NCBI GenBank assembly: GCA_026770705.1
Contig: JANJGN010000034.1
Coordinates: forward strand, 4,526,001 to 4,590,000
From: Isurus oxyrinchus
Lineage: Eukaryota
Length of the DNA: 64,000 nucleotides
Direction: 5' to 3'
Shown here: in pieces, positions 15,501 through 27,500 of the stretch
Layout: each line of letters begins with the position of its first letter
How positions within the stretch are numbered: position 1 is the stretch's first letter
Program-made: the position numbers and the translations under genes
Notes under the pieces: generated by a model
What the model was told of the DNA's origin: nothing
Seen by the model: only the letters and a program-made list of their open reading frames with translations
Databases searched by the model: none

Positions 15501-18500
15501 GGGAATTAGAATTAAGATTTTATTGCAGTAGTTAGTGGGATGAAAAATGCAGTTCAAGCACATAGTCCAGAGGAGAAATTTGCACCTTACTAATGACAAT
15601 TCAGTGATCTGTTTATGGTAATGCATTATACCAGATGAGAGAACGGATCCTGAGGCTACCTTTCGTAGAGGAGCACATGAGCATTAAGGAGATTGACATT
15701 ATTTTCTTCCCTTCTGTCAAGCAATCTCAGTAGGAGAAATTTATGTGCTGCTCAAATATTTAATTAACTTCAAGTTCTTGTTCCCTATGTGAAAATTCCT
15801 AGAATCATGTCCAACATTGAATTAAGGATCCATTTTCAAGCATACAACTCTGTTTGTAAAGCCAGTTTTTTTTATTATTTTGTGGATGTCCCTGTGCCTA
15901 GTAAGGCTATATAGAAATGCAAATAATACCGTGTTTCTAAACAGGAAGCAGAGAACATTTAACAAACCTGGAGAGATATAAGCTTAGATTGTGAGTTTCC
16001 CTTCCAAGGGTACAGATGAAATATTTTATTTTCTATAATGGAGAAATCAGGGCATGCAAATGCGGTTTAAAGAATGCAGCTAAGTGGTGTGTTCATATCA
16101 CTTCAAATCTGTTACACCATAATTCATTAAACAAATGCATCAGTAGCGAAACAAAATATTAGGCCCCTTTGCTTTGAATTTGTCAACAGGCATTGAGTCG
16201 ACGGCCCTACACATGCTTCATATTTTCTTTTCTGGATTGGATGTTTTCGTGCGTGTCACTGGTTTGGACAACTATTATGGATTATCCCACATATTAGGAT
16301 GGAATAAATCTGGAAATAGGGCGCAGAGCCTGAAAAAAATCAAATCACAATCTCTGACGTCTGATTATGACGCAGCACAATCCAACTGAAACGGGATGAA
16401 GATGGGGCATTTTAGCGGCTCACCATTCAATAAGTTCATTGAATACGTGCACTTATCTCCAATATTTCGTTCTGGTTCTGTTCTTCTTCGATATCGCATA
16501 ATTAGCTATGAGTATCTCGTTTTTGAATGCTACACAGGCGCCAACGTTTATTTTTGACGATTGTTCCATTCCAAAGTCTAGCTGCTCTACCCCAAGCATT
16601 TCAAGACCTGTGCACAAAAAATACTTTTGACATCACCTCGCCAAGCGTTATTAATCATTTCAGTTAAGTTACTCGTTTAGTTTCGCCAATCAGTAGATTT
16701 ATTTTATGTCCATTTAAAGTACAGAATATGTCATACCTTTTGTAGTCCTGAGTTGACTCACCTATTCATGTTCGATACTCAAGTGAATTTATGCATCTTC
16801 CTGAACAATTGATTCACGAATTACTGTTAAATTTTTCTCAATAACTGAGGTGAATCTGCAGTTAGTTACTTACGAGTCACCATCATCCTATGTTGGCTGC
16901 GGTGGCGCAACTGAAAGCAGGGTCATAAATGCGATTAAATCTGAAAGTGACCTAACTGGATAGCTGAGGTTTCCAACATTTCAAGAAATCTCCAAATTCT
17001 CTTAAATTGGTGCAATATTCCCCAATTGGTGTTGATTCACCTTAAGAAAAGAAATTAAACCAAATATCTAGGTAAATTATTGTTAAATCATGGCTTATAA
17101 ACATTAATTCAATTCAAGTTGTTCTTTGTCACCCGGAATGGGTTAGATGGAATGTCGATTTTGTTTAGGAGTGGGCTGGAGTTGGGTAAATTTTGGTGTT
17201 TTTTTTTTCTTTCCTTTTCTTTCGTCCTTTAAAGCTTGACTTTACCGCCATAGTCTTGCATTTTAGGACGGATCCCAGTGCAGTACTGAAACTGTATTTT
17301 CTTTGTCCTGCTCATGCAATTTGACACAATGACTCTGAATGGATGCTACAACAGTTTTCTAGTTCAGAGTTGGGGGGATAATTCCCAAAGACCTCAATTA
17401 CCAAGAGCAGGGACCGTTTCGTGCTTCTCGACTGGATATTGGTACCTCAATTTTCATAATCCACAATCAGCTGCCTACATAGCATATGCTGAAAAACGTG
17501 AATCCGCCTTAGGTAAAGAAGTCAATCGATTCCAACGGATATTGTCGGAGTTTGTCTTAGGACAAGGCGCTGGCTTGGCAAAATAAAGAGTCCCATTATT
17601 AGCAGAAATGTGAGGAATTTCTGATCAGTTGAAAAAAAAAGCACGCCGTCACCTCTTCACGATCCCCACTCCCCCAAACCCCTCAACTGTGGAGGCTATC
17701 AAAACCGTCCATCCCTTCGGTTCCCTCCATCCATGGAACTAAATGCAAATGATCATTATTTTATGTTATTCCCATCCTGACCACTTGAACATCACTGATT
17801 GTGGCCATTGTTATTCCTACCCTTTTAAAATTTGTTTCGCTCTTTATGACTCTCTTCTGGAACTCCTGATCAGCCTTGCATTTGATTAACATTAACGTTT
17901 GGCCTCAGGTTCCATGACCTCATCTGCTGATTTTTTTTTTTCATTTTGGTTGAGAACAATGTCCTCTACACGTCTAGCTCTATTTTATGCTCTTTTTAAA
18001 GGAATGTTTTTGTGAGTGTCGCGATCAGAATTCAAGTTAATCATACAGCAAAAGGAACATGCTCATATGTATCTTTTCCACTTCTCAGTGCACAACCCGT
18101 GCAAAGAATCTCTGAAGGGATTAGATACGAAAAGTATCAGGTATAATGAATGCATCGGCAGGATGACAGGGCATCATTTCTTCTGGGTCAGAAACGTTGC
18201 GCAATTGATATTGTTTTGACCGTAGATGTTACCACGGCGCCTTTCAGCTTCATATTCACTTCTACGAATTTAAATATCAAGCGAATTGTAAAGCAGCAGC
18301 AGGATGGATTGGTGGGTGGCACTCGTCATAATAATACTTCATCTGTGTATTACATTTGTCTGCGTGAAACCTACACTGGGCAATGGCTGAATGTGATGAC
18401 TCTTTGTTCAAGTAATCAACTACCATTTATTTGTCTTATAAACCATGTGGTACAAAAATGTTCAGCAATTATAATTTCTTCCAAAATTTCATTTCTGCCA

Positions 18501-21500
18501 TAAATATATTCCTTTCTTTCAAAGTCAGTGATATACTGGGACTAAGATGATTGATCTCAAAAAAAATCAATGACGTTCCTTTGTGCAATGTATGACTCCA
18601 ACAGCGAGGAGGTCCTTTTTAAACCCCTTATCCCCCTGACTCAAGTTTAGCTTGGCATTTTTGCGCCAACGCTTGATCAAAAGCTGTCTGTGAATGAAGT
18701 TGACTCAAACCTCAATTCCTGATTTCACTTTTCTCCCCCGTTGTTGCACTAAACTTAGCATTCTTTAGCAGATTATTGCTGACTGCTTGATAGCTCTGTA
18801 CCCTCTTTCAAAATTTTGTTGATGATTACCGTAAGCTGCTATGCCAGTAATTAGATTTCTTTGACTCCTTGTATAGCAGTCAAACTGGCGAAATTTTCTA
18901 CATTGCTGATTCCATTGCTGTAACTGGAATTTCTTGTCTCAGGGCACAGCTTCTTTTGGTGAATGTGCATGCAATATCATTGCCCGAATGTCGTCAGGGC
19001 CCTCAGCCTTTACAGTATTGGTTAACTTTATTCTCTTCTTTTGTATCACGTGGAATGATGTGAATTCGCAGAAGACTGTCATCTGTGATGCTGTGGAGTT
19101 CAGGTGGGGAGTGGGGCGAGATGCATCATTTAATCTTCGCTTCTGGCTGAAGATGTTGCAAATGCATCAAATGTGTCTACTGGATGGAACCAAGGCCACA
19201 ACACATCCCCGCTCCAGTTTGATGTTTAACTATTCAATACCTTGCATGGCTCTTCGTTGCAAGTCTGCAGAGGTCAGGCCCTTCCCAGGGGGAGCCCTTA
19301 ATTCTTTTCAGCATATTCCGCTTCAACAGCTTGGCATACAAGACATCAGGGGTTGCAGATTCATGATTTTGGCACCTAATTTTCTGGTATCGCCGGTGCT
19401 GCTCCTCGCATACCCTGCTAAACATTTCACTGAACTAGGTTTGAAACCATACTTGATGATAATGGTGGAGTGGGGTATATGCTGCACTTATGGATTTTGT
19501 GTTTCCTACAATTGAGCTGCTGCTGCTGATGCATGGTGCCGTGTTGGTGCCACGCTCTGAGATTCGAGATCTCATTGAAAGCTGTCCCGTTTTGCATAGA
19601 TGTAGTGCCAAACAACACGATGGATTGTTCACAAGTCATCGCTGGACTTCGGCCTCAAAAGGGCATTGAGTTGTTCACTCCAACCAGTAATGCCTTGAGC
19701 AGATATGCAGTTAGATTGGTGAGGACGATATCAAATAGCGATTTTCCGCTTCCTTATTGCCTCCCAACTGCAGCAAGTACAATGGAACTCAGTTAACTGT
19801 GGAGCTTCTAAGCCACTCTTGGTCATCGACGTTTACATAATTGAATTAGGTGATGTTGCTAACGACACGGCAGCTAAGTTATCTGATGACACAATAATAT
19901 GTTTGGAAGTTATGATTTGAAGGTGAAACGAGGAGATTGAAATGGATATATTCTGTTGACTGAGCGAGCAAATATCTGACAAATGTGGGTTAAAGTGTTA
20001 ATGAATGTAGTTTTTCACATTGGCAGGACGAACACCAAAAAGAACATTAATTTAATGGAGAACATCTGCATAATTCTGAGTTGCAGGGGGATCTCGGTAT
20101 TCAAGTAGGAGTGACAAAAAGTTTGTATGAATTAAAACAAGTAATGAAGAAAGAAAATACAATTCTATCCTTTATTACGAGAGGGATTGAGCATAAAATC
20201 AATGATGTTGTGCTTCAGTTTGCAAGGGCACCGGTGACACCGCACCTTGAAGCTGTATGCACTTTTGCTCTCCTTGTTTGAGGAAGGATGTAAATGCATC
20301 TCATGTGGTACAAAGAAAGTTTCCTAGATGATACCTCGAATGAGCAAGGTCTTTGTTTGTTTTGGTTGGAGTTTAGAATAGTGAGGGTCAGCTTGAAGCA
20401 TTCAGGTCCTGCACATCCATGACAAGATGGGCATCGAAAGGTTGATACCTCTTGTAAGTCAGTGCAGAACTAGGGGGCACTGCTTCAAAATTAGCAGTGG
20501 CCCTTTTAGGACAGATATTAGGACATTTCCTGTTCGCTCTCAGTGAGTTGACTGGCTTTGGAATTCTCGGCCACACAATGTGGTAAAGGCGGAGGAACTT
20601 TTGAGGACTCTGGATCTGTACTCGATGTAGGATAGAAGGATGAGGGGGGATCTGAATGAAAATTACAGAACACTGAAAGGCCTGGATAGAATGGATGTGG
20701 GGAAGATGCTTCAATTAATAGGAGGGACTAGGACCCGAGGGCAGATCCTCAGAGTAAAGAAAATACATTTTAGAACAGAGGTGAGGACAAACATATTTTG
20801 CCAGAGAGTGGTGAATCTATGAAATTCATTGCCCCAGAAGGCTGTGCAGGCCAAGTCATTGAGTGTATTAAGACTGAGATGGATAAGTTCTTGATATCTA
20901 AGGGAGTCAAAGGTTACCGCAAAAGGCGGGAGAATAGGGATGGGATACTTATTTGCCATGACTAAATGGCCTGGCAGACTCGATTGGCTGAATGGTATAA
21001 TTTGTACAACAAGGTCTTATGGTCATATGGCCTTATGGAGACTTTTGAATATTTTTAAGACACAGATAGATATATTTGTGATGGGCAAAGGAATCAACAG
21101 CGATGGTTAGTTAGGATTATTTATGTCTAAACACAAGGAGAGCAGCCATTTAATTTCGAGCCGTGTCTGGGAGCAGAAGTGTCTGATCCTGTTCTCATTT
21201 TATATGTTATTATATTCCTAGGACATTGCAATTTCACATTCAGAGCCCATTTTGTGCCAGTGCAATCCTCAGTTTTTCCTCCAACTGATGTTAAACATAG
21301 AGGATTTCTGAGTTATCAGCTGAGAGAGGCACCGGGAGGTAAGGGGGTAATGGGTGTTGATGGCATGATACTGGCAACCCGCAAAATGCTTCATTTCCCA
21401 TGTTTCACCTGGTGAGCTAAGGTGTTATATAGTCCAGGTTTGAAGTTGCGATCTTCCAGGTCAACTCCTTCCCGATCGTAACCCACTCTGCCACCAGCAC

Positions 21501-24500
21501 GGTTGGTGAGGTGCTTTCGGTGCGACAGGCCATCCCAAGGGATCGTTCAGCTGGAAACATAAATAGTGTTTGTCATTAATTATTCTGTGAGTATGACAAT
21601 GACAATTACTTGACCCCTAATTTCGGATAAAAACTGAAAACGTGAAAAATCTCACCAGGTCTTTCAGCATTTGTGGAGACGGAAACTGATTAAACACTTT
21701 GTGTCCTTATCGGCCTCCTTTCAGGGCCATCAATCTCCTCCCCCTCTCCACTCCCTGCAATACATTTGTTGAGTAATTGGATAAAGGTTTGTGAAGGAAA
21801 CAAATGAAATATTTATTTTCTGTTATGAAATATCTCAAAGCCTATAAATAATACACTAAATATATAGGTATGAGGGAGCTTATTTCAATTTAGTCCTAAA
21901 ATAGGGCAAAATAAATGTGGATCAAAACATCCTTGTAATGTTTCGTGAGCAAAAAGAAAGATAACATTCATTTTTGATCAAGAGTTTGTAGTTAATGTAG
22001 ACCCAGTGCCAATAATAACCTTGGAATTCAATTCAGTGGAGTCGATACTTACATGCGCATGCCAGCTGGGCCAATATTTGAGGCTAATTTCAAACTACAT
22101 TTCGAGTTTATACCTGTATATTTGCCGCAGTGCATTGCAAAATCATCATCCTGTAACTCCAAATAGAACATGAGATATTGTTAAGCACGTTACTGAGGCA
22201 GATAGGATCAGATGTACCGGAGGGAATGAAAACCCTTTAAAGTTCACTTTGTTGCCTCAAGACCTGTACTCACTCCAAATTATTCGGCCAGGTATCATTA
22301 ACATTAAATCTCGCCTGATAATAAAATGGTGGTTTCACTTTAGAAATGCTGCTCCAGATTCTGAGGTAGATTTTGGAGAATGATCGTCATCCCTGTACCC
22401 AACCCCGTCACAAACTGATTCGTCGTGTTTTTTTGAAATATCCTTACATGGGGATCAATTTTTGCTTTAGTTATGCTTGCTTTAGTGTGCTTGCTTTAAA
22501 TTTGTCAAATCTACCGAAAGTCACATTCCACTTGAACACTTGAATGTGATGATCCACAACTGTATATTATTGGGTGAATTCAAGAGCCTCCTTGAAAACA
22601 TTATTCTTAATGTAATTTTTAACATCAGTCTATAATTGAGCTGAATCTGCAGTGGAGCATTTCAAAGTCCATTCTGCTTGTAATGAATAGCGGTGCCAGA
22701 ACTGAAAGCAATAACCTCCATGTAGAAAAACCTGAGCTTTATATAATTGCATACTTGACCTGTGCAACAACTCAAAAAATCTCAAAACGTTGTTCCTTTT
22801 GAGCATTTTTCTGCTGTTAATTGAATTAAATGCACATTTAACAGAAAGAGAAATGAAAACGAAAGAAGAGGGTAAATAATAGTGAAATCATTTATTAATA
22901 AAACGATTATAATTAAAGTTGTCCTCCGTTTGTCTTGTTTTCCCAAGTGCGTGTTGTGGAAGTGACTGCTGACAAACTGATTGAAATAGACTTGCAGATA
23001 GAATTCCGACTTTGCTGGTATAGATTCGGCTGCTGGAAGGCAGACATATGAGAGAGCTTCACTGTTTAAGCGTGAACGGCACTTTATTAGGCTCTTTTGA
23101 TTAGACGAGACTCACATCCAGTTCCAAAAGTGTCATTGGGCCTATTGTACACATTTTCACGCAGTTAATGCAGAATCGCTGCAACGACAGTTTTTGTTCT
23201 GAACTGGGAAGTAAATTAATAAAGACAGCGACGAATGACCAGAGGGCAGTGCAGTGTTTTCCTTTTCGTTATCATTATCTCAATTGTTACATCCTGTAAC
23301 GGATATTGCCTATTTTCCGTCAGAACACTTGAATTTGAATCAGGAAACAGATCGAACCATCCAAATGCTCAATGTTGGAGTTTTGTTTTGGTCCATTCGC
23401 CCATTGGGCAAGGTGGTGGGGCACAACATTTGCTGCAACATAAGAAAGTTTGCGATGGAACACAAGTGGCTTTATTTACGAACTGTTCGCAGTTTTAAAC
23501 CCTTGCATCCCCTCTAACCTCTCTTTCCTTGGAGCTTATTTGGACATAAAACAGAAACTGCCGGAACTATGATTGCAGCACCTTGACAGCAGCGCATGTT
23601 GCTTTCAGCAGCTTAACAGCTGATCACTGGCAGCCTCTCCCCTAAATCTCTTTGCTTGGCAGTTTCTCGTTCTAGTGGCATCACTTTCCGTTGCTTTGTA
23701 GTATCTGTTACAAATGATAATCTGTTCAAGATTGTGTGACATTTTGAGTTCATTCTGATTGTTTTTATCTTCTGTCTGAAAGCCGGCACATGAAAGCTAT
23801 TTACTCATGTTCCAAAGGTCTGCGATCATAGGCGCATTTTCACAATTCCAGAGCTCTCCAAATGCAACGAGGCTTTGAAAGAACTGGGTGAGTAAACGGA
23901 TATGTATAATGAAAAGTCTTGCACAGGACAAGGTAGCAATTGCATCTCCAAAAGAAATACAGCAAGGTTGATCATGTTCAGGTTGTTCGTTTTACCGCAT
24001 GATGCATCCCTAATACAATTCACTACTACGAATTCCGATATGAAGAGGGGTTGAGAACAGATATCCTTAAAATACCACATGTTTAGTATTTTTGCTGGCG
24101 CGATTTGTTTTGGCAACATCCTGAAATGTAGCGACGTTTTGTTGAGGCAGCCTTCTTTTCGGTCAATATTCTATGTTGTGCAAAAATGCTCAGCAATTGT
24201 AGCTGCATACAACTCCTTGAAACTTACAACATTCTTATAGGGCGCGACAGGAGGGGTGTAGATATGATGTTTCCGTTGGCTGCTGGCTGTATCCATAACC
24301 AGGGGGCTAGATTTCAGAATAAGAGAAACAGCTTTTCATATTTATGTAAGGAGAAATGCCTTCACCCAACGGCTGTTGGCTCCTTGGAATTCCCAACCCA
24401 CAAGGTTGTGGAAGCTAAATCGGTGAGCATATTCAGAAGACAAATGGGTTGATTAAAGGTGGTCAATAACGCCACACAATATGTAGACAGCATGGGATGG

Positions 24501-27500
24501 AGGACACGAGATCGATTAGCATCCTTTGTTCTAATTTAACGGTGGAGAACTCTCGACAAGCTGGAGAGCGTTCTGCTTTTTCTTTGTTCGTAAAGTAGTG
24601 TTTATTTCCTGCATTACTTTTTTTTGGCAACAATCCTTACCGTGGCCTTTCAAAGTGAATAAACTCTGTTTTACAGAAGGAAAATTGAAAGCAAAGGAAA
24701 AAGGTATTGCGTTTTGCATTTTAATTTTGCAAAGTTATAAAGCTGTTAATGAGAGTGTTCAAGACAGCCCATAATTAGATCAGACGTGCCATTCAATATC
24801 TATGTATATTTAAGTATCAAGTGTTCAAACAACAAATAAAGAACGTATTCAAAGGCAACTGTAAACCCAAACGGAGCCGGTATCAGCTTGTGATATGTAT
24901 GCTGATGCCCGCAGTAGTGGCGATGGGACTGACGATTCGTAATAACATTTTATATTTTTTTCCATACATATTTATACGATTCTGAACAGTTACTGTAAAT
25001 GTAAAATGGAAATTACCTTTACATCTTAATGACAACTCCATGTCGGAAAGTTGCACATCCTACTTGTGAAAAGCAAATAGTTGTGCTCTACTAAAGAAGA
25101 AAAAACACATTTGCATGGCTGGCCATGACTATTTGCAACCTTTCCAATTATATTTGAATTGCAATCAAAGGCATAGGGGAATAATGCAAAACGCTGGCAC
25201 TCTTGCTAATAAATTGACATCAATTTATTGATATTCAGCATTGAATGACAATGTAATGTCATAAATGTAAAGACATAAAATTATTTTTATTAGCATTTGC
25301 CAGCTGAATGATTAACAAACTGCCATGCTATGAAGCCTTCTGAAATAAAATCTCAAATCCGACCATCAATGTTTTTCGACTGATGTGCAGGAAGAGTCAT
25401 TCCCGTGAATCTGCAATTTCTTCACTGTTTGCATCTGAAGTTGTCTGTTTCCCTTCCTTCCAGAACTGGGAAGTGTCAAAAAAGCCGCTGATCACTCAGG
25501 TTAGCACATGGCGAGCGCTACCTTGCAAATTCTTCTCGTACAATAAAGAAAAAATAAGGATTGCAGATTATCACCTGATGTTAAATCAATGAAACAGACT
25601 TCTTGCTGGGGGCCATAAATGAGTATTTTAGATAAAGATGCTGGAACAATAAGAGGTAGCCAGTTGTTCAGAAATTTTGTTGGAAATACACATTTCGTTT
25701 AGATCCCAACTGATTCAACGTATGGAGGTAATTGAGAGATCTTGGATCGGCCTGCTAAATGCGCAGGTTTGCGTTGGGCAATTGTTCAGTGTACAACAGG
25801 AATATTGACCTTAAATAAACTGTAAAATTGGAGAACAGTGTACCCACTCATTGATGAAGGAAATCCAGTTTTTAATGTCCAGCAATGACATATTTCAGCA
25901 CTTCAGATTTAATGCAAAATATAATCAAGGTGCAAGAGCAGCAATTCTCTGACATGACCAGATCCACGACAGATGCACAGGAGAATTTGCGCCCTTTTTG
26001 AATGAAGGTTTGAAACACTGTTTATGGCAATGCAGCTCAGTGACATATTTAATGGTATCAGTTCTGAGAAGATCACTGGATCCTTTCTGGTGTTAGTTGA
26101 TAACATGTTATCTTTTAAGTCAACTAGCCTCAGTAAAAGAGATTAATTGGCAGTTCAATTATTCATCGAAGCTCCTGTTAACTTATTTATGTTTTCTGTA
26201 CGCAATTGAACAGTATCGTTTCTAATAGGGAATCAGTGACAAATTGCCAAACTAATTATTTGCTTCTAAAGCGATTTTGGACGTCATTGTGAATGGAAAT
26301 TGTTTTTTTTTTCTTGTAATCTCATACAGCGCTGGACCACTGGTCAATAGACCAGCTTTTACAAACTTTCTGAGACCGTAGTTAAGAATGAAGGTTATTC
26401 TTCGAAAGAAAGAGTTTTTTTTATCCCTCGACAATGAACTGAAGGCACAAGATGTAGCTCCGCGGCAGAAGGGTGCTCCTTTATATTCAAAAGCCTAACC
26501 ACCATTTACTAAAGCACTACACATTCAAGGTTCACATTTTGCAAAGCAGAGTATACTCACTTTTCCTCTCCTCTATGGACTGCATGTATATTGTGGAAGT
26601 CCATTTAGTTCGATTGAGACGATCTTTTTAGTGCCTACGCTAGCTAGGCCAATACATGTGCTTTGCCCTAAAATGTCCAAGTGTGTAGACATGGAATATA
26701 TGGCTAGCGTAATATCAAAGCTGCGACAATGGATTGGCATAAAACACATTTCTACACACAGTACTGAATCTCTGCTTTGGAATATACGAATATAAGGATT
26801 TATACCGTTCAGGAACTGTTCTGGTCTCGAACCAACGCACCTAAGTTACATTATTATATATTATTGCCAAATTAAATTTTATGTCTAAATTTTCAATAGG
26901 CGCCGGAATCTCAAAAATGCATGTAGACTAGTGTCCCACTTTTACCTCCTCTTCCCCCCACCCTCCCTCCCTGCCATCGTCCCAAACAGTGACTTTCACA
27001 AAATATTGCTGGCATCAAACCTCGACACTGTATGGATAATTATACATTGGAATTTTTGTCACTTACTAACATCTGAGAAATTTGTTTATGCCCACTGAAC
27101 CTCTGGAATGTGCATTTCCTCAAACACACTTGCATGACGTCACACATTCAGTTTCTATTCCTAATTGAATTCAAGTGGCTTTCTGGAAACCTTAATCATA
27201 ATTTAAATCTTAACGCGTTACTGTAGTTTTTATGACAGGGCATAGCTTCACCTTTGATTATATTCCGTCGTTAATCAGTTGAGTTACCCGAACATGAAAC
27301 CGGAATCTAAATGTGGTCAAACTTGATCTTCATCTAACTGAGAAAAGGACATATGCAAAAGCTAAAGCAATCCCAAATGCTCTTCTCTCGTGCAATTGTT
27401 GCTGTCTATACTAAATGTTTTACGCCATTTTAACAGGAGATGAACTTAAAGCAAAAGAAGCGGGTAACTGATTTTGAAATCTTCACCTTCAAATAACAAT

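Noticed and set aside
18934-19515. Longest ORF in the track (193 aa)
   Set aside because: No recognisable domain, non-ATG start, and it lies in a probable decayed repeat.
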